Of a stretch of DNA of 64,000 nt, positions 26,559 through 36,950 are shown piece after piece. Position 1 is the stretch's first letter. Each line of letters starts with the position of its first letter. The notes under the pieces were generated by a model that worked only from the letters and a program-made list of their open reading frames with translations, ran no database searches and was not told the DNA's origin. A program made the translations under genes and the position numbers. Location of the stretch: assembly GCA_965116465.1 (NCBI GenBank), contig OZ220687.1, positions 2,822,759 through 2,886,758 on the forward strand. Direction: 5' to 3'. Source of the DNA: Acidimicrobiales bacterium. Its GTDB lineage: Bacteria > Actinomycetota > Acidimicrobiia > Acidimicrobiales > CATQHL01.

Positions 26559-27457
26559 GCGCCGCCGGCAACTTGGGCGTCCCCAAGACCTACAAGATGT
26601 ACGTGGGCGGGGCGTTCGTGCGCTCGGAGTCCGGCCGCTCCTACCCGGCGCGCTCGGCGGGCGGCGACCTGCTCGCCCACGCCGTGGCCGGGTCGCGCAA
26701 GGACGTGCGCGACGCCGTGCGGGTGGCGCGGGGCGCGCAGTCGGCCTGGGCGGCCCGCACCGCCTACAACCGGGGTCAGATCCTGTACCGGGTGGCGGAG
26801 GTCATGGACAGCCGCCGCGCCGAACTGGTCGGCGAGTTGGCCCGCGCCTCCGCCGGCGGGGAGGCGGCCGGCGATCCCGCCGTCGAAGTGGACGTGGCCA
26901 CCGAGCGCTGGGTCTGGTACGCGGGCTGGTGCGACAAGTACCCGCAGGTGCTGGGCGGGGCGAACCCCGTGGCCGGGCCGTACTTCAACTTCACCGTCCC
27001 CGAGCCCATGGGGGTGGTGGGTCTGGCGGCACCCGATGAGGCGCCGCTGTTGGGGATCGTGTCGCGCCTTGCACCGGCCCTGGTGCCCGGCAACACCGCC
27101 GTGGTGCTGGCCGGCGAGCATCACCCGCTGGTGGCGGTCACTCTGGCGGAGATCCTGGCCACCAGTGACGTGCCCGCAGGTGTGGTGAACATCCTGACCG
27201 GGCACCGGGCGCCGCTGGTGCGGGCGCTGGCCGGACACGGCGACGTCGACTGCATCGACCTGACCGGCTGCGATCCGGCGGGTGCCGCCGGCGCCGACCT
27301 TGCGGTCGAGGCCGAGCGGCTGGCGGCGGGGACCGTGACCCGGGTGGTGCACGCCGCTGCAGGCGAGCGCCGCTGGCTGGAGGCGTCGGCGCAGAGCCCG
27401 TACGCCATCTCCGCCTTCTGCGAGTACAAGACGGTGTGGCACCCCAAGGGCCGCTGA
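26555..27457 (+). CDS. Aldehyde dehydrogenase-like protein lacking the catalytic domain (300 aa)
   Basis: The ATG at 26555 overlaps the upstream stop (ATGA). It has the N-terminal ALDH cofactor-domain motifs (YKMYVGGAFV, GVVGLAAPDEAPLLG, PAGVVNILTG, HGDVDCIDLTG) and the C-terminal EYKTVW strand. It has no ELGGK or catalytic-Cys segment. Confidence 0.75.
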   Translation: MSAAGNLGVPKTYKMYVGGAFVRSESGRSYPARSAGGDLLAHAVAGSRKDVRDAVRVARGAQSAWAARTAYNRGQILYRVAEVMDSRRAELVGELARASAGGEAAGDPAVEVDVATERWVWYAGWCDKYPQVLGGANPVAGPYFNFTVPEPMGVVGLAAPDEAPLLGIVSRLAPALVPGNTAVVLAGEHHPLVAVTLAEILATSDVPAGVVNILTGHRAPLVRALAGHGDVDCIDLTGCDPAGAAGADLAVEAERLAAGTVTRVVHAAAGERRWLEASAQSPYAISAFCEYKTVWHPKGR

Positions 27458-27515
27458 GCCGTCCCGTGCGCACGACGACACCGGTCGGCGCGGCCTGCCC
27501 CGAGGCGTCCGGGCG

Positions 27516-28202
27516 ATGAGCAACGGCGGGCAGTTCGTGCTCGGCGTCGACCTCGACGGCGTGTGCGGCGACTACATCGGCTCGTTCCGGCGGATCACGG
27601 CCGAGAGGTTGGGCGTCCCCGCCGAGTCGCTGACGCGGGACGTCTCCTGGGGATGCAGGGAGTGGGGGATCCGGACCCCCGAGGAGTTCGACGAGCTGCA
27701 CCGCCACGCCGTGTTGGAACGCCACATGCTGCGTCACATGGACCTGATCCCGGGCGCGGCCGAGGCGCTGTGGCGGCTGTCCGACGCCGGGGTCTGGATC
27801 CGCATCGTGACCCACCGGCTCTACGTCAACTGGGGCCATGCCGTGACCGCCGGCGATACCGCCGAATGGCTCGACACGGCCAGGATCCCCTACCGCGACC
27901 TCTGCTTCATCGCCGCCAAGTCGTCGGTGAACGCCGACGCCTTCGTGGACGATGCCCCCCATCAGATCGAGGACCTGCGCGCCGCGGGCCAGACCGCCAT
28001 CGTGTTCGACCAGCCCTACAACCGCCATCTGCCGGAGCCCCGGGCCGCCGACTGGGGCGAGGTCGAGGAGCTGGTGCGCGACCTCGTGGTGGAGCGCACG
28101 GGCAGCTTCCCGATGCAGCTCCCCGGCATCGATCCCGGAGCCGACCGCCTCGCCCGCCGCCTCTACCGCCATCCGAGTGGGGCCGGCACCGATGATGGCT
28201 GA
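27516..28202 (+). CDS. 5'(3')-deoxyribonucleotidase-like HAD phosphatase (NT5C family)
   Basis: N-terminal VLGVDLDGVCGDY (DxDGV nucleophile motif). The size and the FVDDAP motif are consistent with the NT5C type. Confidence 0.7.
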   Translation: MSNGGQFVLGVDLDGVCGDYIGSFRRITAERLGVPAESLTRDVSWGCREWGIRTPEEFDELHRHAVLERHMLRHMDLIPGAAEALWRLSDAGVWIRIVTHRLYVNWGHAVTAGDTAEWLDTARIPYRDLCFIAAKSSVNADAFVDDAPHQIEDLRAAGQTAIVFDQPYNRHLPEPRAADWGEVEELVRDLVVERTGSFPMQLPGIDPGADRLARRLYRHPSGAGTDDG

Positions 28203-29181
28203 GCCGGGGGGCGCCCGGCTGCGGGCGCTGGTGACCGCTCCGCTGCGCGGGCCGGGGTTCGAGGTCCTGCAACAGTTCGCCGACGTGGTCTACGAGCCGT
28301 GGCTGGAGTACGTCCCCATCCGGCTGTACGACCCACCCCGCCTGGCACACCGGCTCGCCGAGGTGGGAGCCGACCTGCTGGTCTGCGAGGCCGACTTCTG
28401 CTCCGGTCCGGTGATGGAACTGCCGCTGCGGGCCATCGTGGCCACCCGCGGCGAGCCGTCCAATGTGGACGTACCCGCCGCGACCGCCGCCGGCATACCG
28501 GTTCTGCACACCCCCGGGCGCAACGCCGACGCCGTGGCCGAACTCACCGTCGGGCTGCTGTTCGCAGTGAACCGGCGGATCGTCCCCGCCGATCGCGACG
28601 TACGCACCGGCCGGGTCTTCACTGAGACACTGCCCTACCAGCGCTACCGCAGCGAACTCCTGGCGGGGCAGACCTTCGGGATCGTCGGCCTGGGAGCGGT
28701 CGGCCGGGCGGTGCGCGGGCGGATGGAGGGGCTGGGCCTCGCGGTGATCGCGCACGACCCCTACGTCGCCGAGGCGCGGCACAGCCTCGAGGAGTTGCTG
28801 GCCACCGCCGACATCGTGTCGATGCACGCCCCGCCCAGCGCCGAGACCGCACACATGATGGGAGCACCGCAGTTCGCCGCCATGCGGCCCGGAGCCGTCT
28901 ACCTCAACACCGCCCGAGCGGTGCTCCACGATCTGGATGCCCTCGTGGCGTCGCTGGAATCCGGGCACCTCGGCGGCTGCGGGCTCGACCACTTCGACGG
29001 CGAGCAGCTACCCGAGGGTCACCCGCTCTGCGGGCGCGACGACGTGGTACTGACACCGCACATCGGGGGGGCCAGCTACCACACCGAGCAGGTACAGGCC
29101 TCGATGGTCGCCGCCGATCTGCAGCGCCTGCTCGCCGGCGGGCGGCCCGTCCACATCGCCAACCCGGAGGTCCTCACGTGA
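28192..29181 (+). CDS. D-isomer-specific 2-hydroxyacid dehydrogenase (phosphoglycerate dehydrogenase-like)
   Basis: NAD fold GIVGLGAVGRAV, HAP...T..M, and GGCGLDHF...HPL...NVVLTPHIGG. The start ATG at 28192/28195 overlaps the upstream stop. Confidence 0.85.
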   Translation: MMAEPGGARLRALVTAPLRGPGFEVLQQFADVVYEPWLEYVPIRLYDPPRLAHRLAEVGADLLVCEADFCSGPVMELPLRAIVATRGEPSNVDVPAATAAGIPVLHTPGRNADAVAELTVGLLFAVNRRIVPADRDVRTGRVFTETLPYQRYRSELLAGQTFGIVGLGAVGRAVRGRMEGLGLAVIAHDPYVAEARHSLEELLATADIVSMHAPPSAETAHMMGAPQFAAMRPGAVYLNTARAVLHDLDALVASLESGHLGGCGLDHFDGEQLPEGHPLCGRDDVVLTPHIGGASYHTEQVQASMVAADLQRLLAGGRPVHIANPEVLT

Positions 29182-29873
29182 ACGCCGACGACCGTGCCGA
29201 CACCGGCCACCCGCGCCGGGAGACCGCCCGGGCCGTGCTGGAGACCGCGCAGGCCATGTACGCCAAGGGGCTCGTCGAGGGCACGGCCGGGAACGTGTCC
29301 GGACGCGTCGGTGACGGCACCTTCTGTCTCACCCCGTCGTCGGTCGGCTACGAGGCGATGCGGGACGGCGATCTGGTCTTCGTGGACGCCGCCGGCGACG
29401 TGGTGGCCGGCGACGGTCATCCCTCCAGCGAGAAGGCGCTGCACCTGGCCTGCTACCGGCAGTGGGCCGAGGTGGGTGGCGTCGTCCACTGCCATCCGCT
29501 GCACGCCTCCATGTTCGCGGTGGCTCGCCAGACCGTTCCCGCCGCCATCGAAGAGGTCGTGATCTACATCGGCGGCGACGTGGAGGTCTGCGACTACCAC
29601 CTCACCGGGAGTGACGAACTCGGTGAGGCCGTCGCCGCGGCGCTCGGCGATCGCAGCGCCGTGCTGATGGCCAACCACGGGTTGGTGACGGTGGGACGCG
29701 ACCCGGCCGACGCCCTGCACGCCGCGCTCGTCGTCGAGCGCACCGCCCACATCGTCTGGGGAGCCCGACTGCTCGGCCAGCCCGGGAGCGTTCCGGAGAA
29801 GGTGAACGAGGACTTCGCCGGTGTCTACCGCTGGGTTCGGGAGTCCACCTGGGGCGCCGGGAATCGTTCCTGA
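29178..29873 (+). CDS. Class II aldolase/adducin-family protein (fuculose-phosphate aldolase-like)
   Basis: GLVEGTAGNVSGRV, SSEKALHLACY, HCHPLHAS, LMANHGLVTVG. Confidence 0.85.
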   Translation: MNADDRADTGHPRRETARAVLETAQAMYAKGLVEGTAGNVSGRVGDGTFCLTPSSVGYEAMRDGDLVFVDAAGDVVAGDGHPSSEKALHLACYRQWAEVGGVVHCHPLHASMFAVARQTVPAAIEEVVIYIGGDVEVCDYHLTGSDELGEAVAAALGDRSAVLMANHGLVTVGRDPADALHAALVVERTAHIVWGARLLGQPGSVPEKVNEDFAGVYRWVRESTWGAGNRS

Positions 29874-29883
29874 AGCCTGACCT

Positions 29884-29960
29884 GGAGGATCCGCGCCGGG
29901 CGCGGATCCTCCCGCAAAAGAAGAGCAGCGGATCGGCGAAGAAGGGCCGATCCGCTGCTC
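29884..29960 (+). terminator. Two tandem perfect hairpins after the aldolase gene (terminator-like, no U-tract)
   Basis: The 29884-29912 palindrome GGAGGATCCGCGCCGGGCGCGGATCCTCC gives a stem of about 12 bp. At 29923-29960, GAGCAGCGGATCGGC-GAAGAAGG-GCCGATCCGCTGCTC gives a 15-bp stem with an 8-nt loop. Confidence 0.5.
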
Positions 29961-30145
29961 AGGGCGGTGATGGTGGACCATCATGTTAGTGGCCGGTCGC
30001 CGTGCCCGCAAGCGGTTCGGGCGACGGGAATTCGCCGGCCGCCACCGTCGGGAGCCTCGGGCGCGCGAGACTGCGTCGAGGTGCTGGAGCGGACGGATCC
30101 GGTCCGCCGGCCGGCAGCCGGGAAAACGAGACGCCAGGGGATGCC

Positions 30146-30844
<699 letters not shown>

Positions 30845-30875
30845 GTCTCCCCGGCGTCCCGCCCCCGCCCCAACC

Positions 30876-31733
30876 ATGAGCGCGATCGTCCTGGACGGCG
30901 AGCGTCTCGCCGCCGAGATCCGCGAGCAGTTGCGCGGCCGCATCGAAGCGCTGGCGCGCCGGGGCGTGACGCCGGGACTGGGCACCGTGCTCGTGGGCGA
31001 CGACGGCCCCTCGGCCAACTACGTGGCCATGAAGCACCGCGACTGCGCCGAACTGGGCATCGAGTCCCGCCACGCGCATCTGCCCGCCGACGCCGCACAG
31101 ACCGACGTCGACGCGGTCGTCGACCGCTTCAATGCCGACGCCGCCGTGCACGCCTACCTCATGCAGTACCCCTTCCCGTCGCACCTCGACTACGAGGCCG
31201 CCCTACTGCGCGTGGACCCGGCCAAGGATGTGGACGGGCTGCACCCCGTGAATCTGGGCAGGCTGGTGCAGGGCGTCGAGGCGCCGCTGGCCTGCACCCC
31301 GGCGGGAATCCAGTTCATGCTCGAGGCGTACGACATCCCGATCACGGGCTCCCATGTCGTGATCGTGGGTCGGGGGCTGACCATCGGGCGGCCGCTGGCG
31401 AACCTGCTGACCCTGAAGCGTCCCGGCGCCAACGCGGCGGTCACCGTGGTACACACCGGCGTCTCGGACCTGGCGACCCACACCCGCGAGGCGGACATCC
31501 TGGTCGCCGCGGCGGGATCGCCGGGGCTCATCACCGCCGACATGGTGAAGCCCGGCGCGGCGGTCGTCGCTGCCGGTGTCTCGTTCTCGGGTCGCCGGCT
31601 GCTGTCGGACGTGGACGACGCCGTGGCCGAGGTCGCGGGATGGCTCTCGCCCCGCATCGGCGGTGTCGGGCCCATGACCCGGGCGATGCTGCTGCGGAAC
31701 ACCGTGGACGCCGCCGAGGCCGCCGCGGGCTGA
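30876..31733 (+). CDS. folD: Bifunctional methylenetetrahydrofolate dehydrogenase/methenyl-THF cyclohydrolase
   Basis: [76 protein letters not shown]. Confidence 0.92.
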   Translation: MSAIVLDGERLAAEIREQLRGRIEALARRGVTPGLGTVLVGDDGPSANYVAMKHRDCAELGIESRHAHLPADAAQTDVDAVVDRFNADAAVHAYLMQYPFPSHLDYEAALLRVDPAKDVDGLHPVNLGRLVQGVEAPLACTPAGIQFMLEAYDIPITGSHVVIVGRGLTIGRPLANLLTLKRPGANAAVTVVHTGVSDLATHTREADILVAAAGSPGLITADMVKPGAAVVAAGVSFSGRRLLSDVDDAVAEVAGWLSPRIGGVGPMTRAMLLRNTVDAAEAAAG

Positions 31734-31782
31734 CCCGTCCGGCCGGCGTGGCGTTCCGGCGATCCCCGTAGGCTGGCGGCCC

Positions 31783-33003
31783 ATGGGAGATGCGACCGGA
31801 CCGACAGCCGAGGGCAGGATCACCATCGGCAGCGACGGCGTGCTGCAGGTCCCCGAGGCGCCGGTCATCCCGTACGTCGAGGGGGACGGCACCGGGGTGG
31901 ACATCTGGCCCGCGGCACGGGCGGTGCTCGACGCGGCCGCCGCCCGCTTCGGCAAGCGCGTCCAGTGGATGGAGGTGCTTGCCGGCGAGAAGGCCTTCAA
32001 CGAGACCGGCGACTGGCTGCCGACCGAGACCATCGACGCGTTCCGCCATCACCTCATCGGCATCAAGGGACCGTTGACCACCCCGGTGGGCGGCGGGTTC
32101 CGCAGCCTCAACGTGGCGATCCGCCAGTTGCTCGACCTCTACGTCTGCCTGCGGCCGGTGCGCTGGTTCCGGGGTGTGCCGTCGCCGGTGCGCAACCCCG
32201 AAGCGGTGGACATGGTCATCTTCCGGGAGAACACCGAGGACATCTACGCCGGGATCGAGGCCGAGGCCCACTCGCCGGAGGCCGACAGGATCCGGGAGAT
32301 GGTCCGGGAGGTCTTCGGGCGGGAGTTGCGCCCCGACAGCGGGATCGGCATCAAGCCGGTCTCGCGCACAGGTTCACAGCGTCTGCAGCGGGCCGCGCTC
32401 AACTATGCCGTCGCCCGCAAGCGTTCCCGGGTCACGTTCGTGCACAAGGGCAACATCATGAAGTTCACCGAGGGGGCCTTCCGCAACTGGGGTTACGAGT
32501 TGGTGCGGGAGGAGTTCGCGGAGGTCGCGGTCGGCTGGGACGACTGCGGGGGCGACCCGGGCGGTCGGATCCTCGTCAGCGACACCATCGCCGACATCGC
32601 CCTGCAGCAGGTGCTGACCCGGCCCGCCGAGTTCGACGTCATCGCCACGATGAACCTCAACGGCGACTACCTGTCCGACGCCCTGGCGGCGCAGGTCGGG
32701 GGAATCGGCATCGCCCCGGGGGGCAACATCAACTACGTCACCGGCCACGGCGTCTTCGAGGCGACCCACGGAACCGCCCCCAAGTACGCCGGCCAGGACA
32801 AGGTGAATCCGTCATCGGTGCTCCTCTCGGGCGTGATGATGTTCGAGCACCTGGGTTGGGACGCCGCGGCCGATGCGATCGTCGCCGCCATGGAGGAGAC
32901 CATCGCGGCGGGGATCGTGACCTACGACTTCGCGCGCCTCATGGAGGGTGCCACCGAGGTGCGTTGCTCGGAGTTCGCCCAGGCGATCATCGACCGGCTC
33001 TGA
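31783..33003 (+). CDS. icd: Isocitrate dehydrogenase (NADP+), homodimeric type
   Basis: [90 protein letters not shown]. Confidence 0.93.
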   Translation: MGDATGPTAEGRITIGSDGVLQVPEAPVIPYVEGDGTGVDIWPAARAVLDAAAARFGKRVQWMEVLAGEKAFNETGDWLPTETIDAFRHHLIGIKGPLTTPVGGGFRSLNVAIRQLLDLYVCLRPVRWFRGVPSPVRNPEAVDMVIFRENTEDIYAGIEAEAHSPEADRIREMVREVFGRELRPDSGIGIKPVSRTGSQRLQRAALNYAVARKRSRVTFVHKGNIMKFTEGAFRNWGYELVREEFAEVAVGWDDCGGDPGGRILVSDTIADIALQQVLTRPAEFDVIATMNLNGDYLSDALAAQVGGIGIAPGGNINYVTGHGVFEATHGTAPKYAGQDKVNPSSVLLSGVMMFEHLGWDAAADAIVAAMEETIAAGIVTYDFARLMEGATEVRCSEFAQAIIDRL

Positions 33004-33024
33004 CAGAGCGAGGACGGGAGCGAC

Positions 33025-34035
33025 ATGATCGAGACGGCAACGCAGCAGCCCGCGCCCGTGCGGGTGGCGGTCACCGGCGCCGCCGGCCAGATCGGCTACA
33101 GCCTGGTGTTCCGCATCGCCTCCGGACAGCTCCTGGGTCCCGAGGTGCCGGTCGTCCTGCAGGTGCTGGAGATCCCCCCGGCCATGGGCGCCCTCGAGGG
33201 CGTGGCCATGGAACTGGACGACTGCGCCTTCGGCCTGCTGGCCGGCATGGAACTGACCGACCAGCCCGAGGTGGCCTTCTCGGGGGCGTCCTGGGCGCTG
33301 CTGGTCGGCAGCCGGCCCCGCACCAAGGGCATGGAACGCAAGGACCTGCTGGAGGCCAACGGCGGCATCTTCACCCGGCAGGGTGCGGCACTGGCGGCCA
33401 ACGCCGCCGAGGACATCCGCGTCCTCGTGGTGGGAAATCCCGCCAACACCAACTGCCTCATCGCCCAGCGCAACGCTGCGGGCATCCCGGCGGAGCGCTT
33501 CAGCGCCATGACGAGGCTCGACCACAACCGGGCCATCGCCCAACTGGCGAGCCGGGCGGGTGTCGCCGTGCGCGATGTCTCCTGCATGACGATCTGGGGG
33601 AACCACTCGGCCACGCAGTACCCCGACATCTTCAACTGCCGCATCGGCGACCGGCGGGCGGGCGACGTCATCGACGACCAGCGCTGGCTGGAGGAGGACT
33701 TCATCCCCACGGTGCAGCAACGCGGCGCCGCCATCATCGAGGCTCGAGGGGCGTCCTCGGCCGCCTCGGCCGCCAACGCCGCAATCGATCACGTCCGGGA
33801 CTGGGCGACGGGAACGCCCGACGGCGACTGGGTCAGCGTGGCCCTGCCGTCCGACGGCAGCTACGGCGTCCCGGAGGGACTCATCAGCTCCTTCCCGTGC
33901 ACCGGCGACGGCGACGCCTGGCGGATCGTGCAGGGCCTGGAGCACAACGCCTTCAGCCGCGACCGGATCGACACATCGGTCGCCGAACTGGCCGCCGAGA
34001 GGGAAACGGTCGCCGGACTGGGCCTCATCGGCTGA
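33025..34035 (+). CDS. mdh: Malate dehydrogenase
   Basis: [55 protein letters not shown]. Confidence 0.93.
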   Translation: MIETATQQPAPVRVAVTGAAGQIGYSLVFRIASGQLLGPEVPVVLQVLEIPPAMGALEGVAMELDDCAFGLLAGMELTDQPEVAFSGASWALLVGSRPRTKGMERKDLLEANGGIFTRQGAALAANAAEDIRVLVVGNPANTNCLIAQRNAAGIPAERFSAMTRLDHNRAIAQLASRAGVAVRDVSCMTIWGNHSATQYPDIFNCRIGDRRAGDVIDDQRWLEEDFIPTVQQRGAAIIEARGASSAASAANAAIDHVRDWATGTPDGDWVSVALPSDGSYGVPEGLISSFPCTGDGDAWRIVQGLEHNAFSRDRIDTSVAELAAERETVAGLGLIG

Positions 34036-34061
34036 GAACTCCGCCCCACCGGGGGCCGGAG

Positions 34062-34445
34062 TCAGAAGTCGGTCGTCTCGCGCAGGGTTGCGAGCGCGCC
34101 GGCGAGTCTTTCGAGTGTCGTGCGATGGCCCGCGAGGGCCTTGGTGTCGCCGGAGACGACGACCCGGCCCATCAGGAATTCGACGTGGGCGTCGAGTTCG
34201 CCGCTGGCGATGCCCCGGGCGACCTCGTAGCTCTGCCGGTAGACGACCGTGGCGTCGTCGGCCGATCCGTCCATCACCTCGGCTCCGTCGGCATCGACTC
34301 GAATCCGGTAGGCGCTGCGGATCCCGTCGGGATGCTCGATGAACTGCTGGATCACGAGTGGCGGCCCGTCATCGGCCCTCACCCCGCCGGCGCGCAGCAA
34401 CTCGCCGAGGGCCGCCACCCACGCGGCGCTCAGGAACTTGACCAC
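34062..34445 (-). CDS. SCP2 sterol-binding-domain protein
   Basis: 127 aa from the GTG at 34445 (preceded by GGGAAGG). WVAALGELL... and C-terminal GELDAHVEFLMGRVVVSGDTKAL are typical of the SCP2 fold. The longer ORF-track N-terminus overlaps sodA on the same strand in a different frame and looks spurious. Confidence 0.6.
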   Translation of the reverse strand: MVKFLSAAWVAALGELLRAGGVRADDGPPLVIQQFIEHPDGIRSAYRIRVDADGAEVMDGSADDATVVYRQSYEVARGIASGELDAHVEFLMGRVVVSGDTKALAGHRTTLERLAGALATLRETTDF

Positions 34446-34480
34446 GGGACCTTCCCTCGCTCGTGGCGCGACCGGTGTGC

Positions 34481-35077
34481 TCAGAGAGCCGCCAGGTTCG
34501 CCGCGGCGAACTCCCAGTTCACGAGGTTCTCGATCCAGCGCTCCACGTACGCCGGGCGGGCGTTGCGGTAGTCCAGGTAGTAGGCGTGCTCCCACACGTC
34601 GATGGTCAGCAGCGGTGTGCGGTCGTGCCGCTGGGGGAGGTCGGCGTTCGCAGTCGCCATGACCTCCAGGCGCGGGCCGTCCGCCACGAGCCACACCCAG
34701 CCCGAGCCGAAATGCCCGCAGGCGGCGTCGGCGAACTGCTTGCGGAACCCGTCGACCGAGCCGAATCGGTCCTCGATGGCGGCGCGCAGCGCGCCGCTCG
34801 GGTCGCCGCCACCAGCGGGGTGCATGGAGCACCAGTAGAACGTGTGGTTCCAGACCTGCGCGGCGTTGTTGAACAGCCCTCCCGAGGTGGTGAGGATGAG
34901 GTCCTCCAGCGCCGCTCCCTGGCTGGGGGTCCCGGCCACCAGGCGGTTCACGTTGGCCACGTAGCCGGCGTGGTGCTTGCCGTAGTGCAGGGCGACGGTG
35001 TCGGCGCTGATGTGGGGGGCGAGCGCGTCCTCGGGGTAGGGGAGTGCGGGCAGGTGAACGGTCGCGGGATTGGTCAC
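34481..35077 (-). CDS. sodA: Superoxide dismutase (Fe/Mn family)
   Basis: LPALPYPEDALAPHISADTVALHYGKHH, FNNAAQVWNHTFYW, DVWEHAYYLDYRN. Confidence 0.93.
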   Translation of the reverse strand: MTNPATVHLPALPYPEDALAPHISADTVALHYGKHHAGYVANVNRLVAGTPSQGAALEDLILTTSGGLFNNAAQVWNHTFYWCSMHPAGGGDPSGALRAAIEDRFGSVDGFRKQFADAACGHFGSGWVWLVADGPRLEVMATANADLPQRHDRTPLLTIDVWEHAYYLDYRNARPAYVERWIENLVNWEFAAANLAAL

Positions 35078-35126
35078 GAGGAACCTCCAGGGCGCCGCCA
35101 GGGGCGGTCGGCGCCTGAGAGTGTTG

Positions 35127-36107
35127 TCAGGGTGCTTCCAGTAAACCGTCTCCGCCGGCCGTTCCGGCGGGTGACCGGGAGCCGAACCGGGCGACCGCCA
35201 GGCCGAGCGCGAGCGCCACGACGGCGCAGACCACCGGCCAGAGCACCTCGCCCCGATCCGGCAGGCCCAGGCCGGTTCCGCTGATCACCTCGCCGGACCC
35301 GCCGAGGATCCCCACGCCGTTCGGCCACGGCCACAGCACGCGCAGCGAGCCCAGCATCAGCCCCACCATCGTCGCCATCACCGCGTCGTGGTACCGGGAG
35401 AGCAGCCTGCTGAGCAGCGATGCGAACAGCAGGGCTCCCACCAGCGCGCCCGCGGCGAACAAGCCGATCGGTGCCCAATCGCGGCTGCTCAGGACGTCCA
35501 CGAAGGTGGCGTAGAGGCCGATGATCAGCAGCACGAACGCACCGGATATCCCCGGCAGGATCATGGCGCAGATGCCGAGCGCGCCCGCCCCCAACCAGAC
35601 GATCGTGGCCGGCTCCGCCACGGGGGTGGCGCTGAGCCCGAACAGCCAGGCGCTCACGACGGCCACCGCCGCGCTCAGCAGCCCGAGGGGGACGCGCCAC
35701 GTCCGCACCTGGCGGACGGCGACCACCACGGCGGCGCATACCAGACCCCCGAAGGCGCCCGCCGTGGGCTCGGCGCGATTCGTCAGCAGCCAGTCGACGG
35801 CACTCGCCAGCGCTCCCAGGGCCACGCCGACACCGGCCCCCACCGGAACCACGAGCCCCCAGTCGATCCGACGGAGGTGCCGGGCGGCGCCTCTCGGGTC
35901 GGCGCGCAGGAGATCCGCGAGTACACCGGCGGCGCTGCGCACCGAGCGCAACAGGCGCTCGTAGACGCCCAGCAACACCGCCACCGTGCTGCCGGACACC
36001 CCGGGCACCAGGTCTGCCGTGCCGATGCAGAAGCCCCGCAGCCCGTCCCCGGCCCATCGCAGCACGACATCGCCCGGACGCTGGGCCGTGCTGCCGGTGC
36101 CGTCCAC
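35127..36107 (-). CDS. DUF368-family membrane protein (PopT-type undecaprenyl-phosphate translocase family)
   Basis: Polytopic protein with the duplicated motif PGVSGSTVAVLLGVY / LPGISGAFVLLIIGLY that is characteristic of DUF368. Confidence 0.8.
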   Translation of the reverse strand: MDGTGSTAQRPGDVVLRWAGDGLRGFCIGTADLVPGVSGSTVAVLLGVYERLLRSVRSAAGVLADLLRADPRGAARHLRRIDWGLVVPVGAGVGVALGALASAVDWLLTNRAEPTAGAFGGLVCAAVVVAVRQVRTWRVPLGLLSAAVAVVSAWLFGLSATPVAEPATIVWLGAGALGICAMILPGISGAFVLLIIGLYATFVDVLSSRDWAPIGLFAAGALVGALLFASLLSRLLSRYHDAVMATMVGLMLGSLRVLWPWPNGVGILGGSGEVISGTGLGLPDRGEVLWPVVCAVVALALGLAVARFGSRSPAGTAGGDGLLEAP

Positions 36108-36125
36108 GACGCGTTCCGGCGCGTC

Positions 36126-36950
36126 TCAGCGCTGGCCGGCGAGCTTGCGGTTCTGCAGCTTGGCTCTGACGTAGTCCCGGTTCGTCCAGGCGATGAAGTC
36201 GATGGAGATCTCCTTCGGGCAGGCCTCCTCGCACTCCCCGTGGTTGGTGCAGCTCCCGAAGAACTGCTCCATGGTCTCCACCATCGCCTCGGTGCGCGCC
36301 CAGCGTTCGGGCTGGCCCTGCGGGAGCAGGTTCAGGTGCTGCACCTTGGCCGCCGTGAAGAGCTGGGCGGCGCTGTTCGGGCAGGCGGCGACGCAGGCGC
36401 CGCAGCCGATGCAGGCGGCCGCGTCGAAGGCGGTGTCGGCCGCCTCCTTGGGGACGGGCACCAGGTTGGCGTCCGGCGCCGCGCCCGTGTTGACCGAGAT
36501 GTAGCCGCCGGCGGCGATGATGCGGTCCAGAGGGGTCCGGTCCACGGCCAGGTCGCGGATCACCTCGAAAGCCCCGGCGCGCCAGGGCTCGACGGTGATG
36601 ACGTCCCCGTCGGAGAATTGTCGCATGTGGAGTTGGCAGGTGGCCGTTCCCTGCTGGGGGCCGTGGGCGCGCCCGTTGATCATCAGACCGCAGGTACCGC
36701 AGATGCCCTCCCGGCAGTCGGACTCGAAGGTGATGGGTTCCCGCCCGTCGAGCGTGAGGCGCTCGTTCAGGACGTCCAGCATCTCCAGGAACGAGGCGTC
36801 GGGGCTGATGCCGGCGGCCTCGTAGGTCTCGAAGCCGCCCGCATCGCCGGGACCGTCCTGGCGCCACACGCGCAGGCGCAGGTTCAGCGCGCCGGTCCCT
36901 TCGGGTGCGGGTGCCTGCGAGGCCGCGGCCGCGTTCTCGGGCGGGTTCAC
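36126..36950 (-). CDS. sdhB: Succinate dehydrogenase/fumarate reductase iron-sulfur subunit
   Basis: Cys clusters [22 protein letters not shown] and [12 protein letters not shown]. The GTG at 36950 overlaps the sdhA stop (GTGA). The ORF-track N-terminus overlaps sdhA. Confidence 0.9.
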   Translation of the reverse strand: MNPPENAAAASQAPAPEGTGALNLRLRVWRQDGPGDAGGFETYEAAGISPDASFLEMLDVLNERLTLDGREPITFESDCREGICGTCGLMINGRAHGPQQGTATCQLHMRQFSDGDVITVEPWRAGAFEVIRDLAVDRTPLDRIIAAGGYISVNTGAAPDANLVPVPKEAADTAFDAAACIGCGACVAACPNSAAQLFTAAKVQHLNLLPQGQPERWARTEAMVETMEQFFGSCTNHGECEEACPKEISIDFIAWTNRDYVRAKLQNRKLAGQR

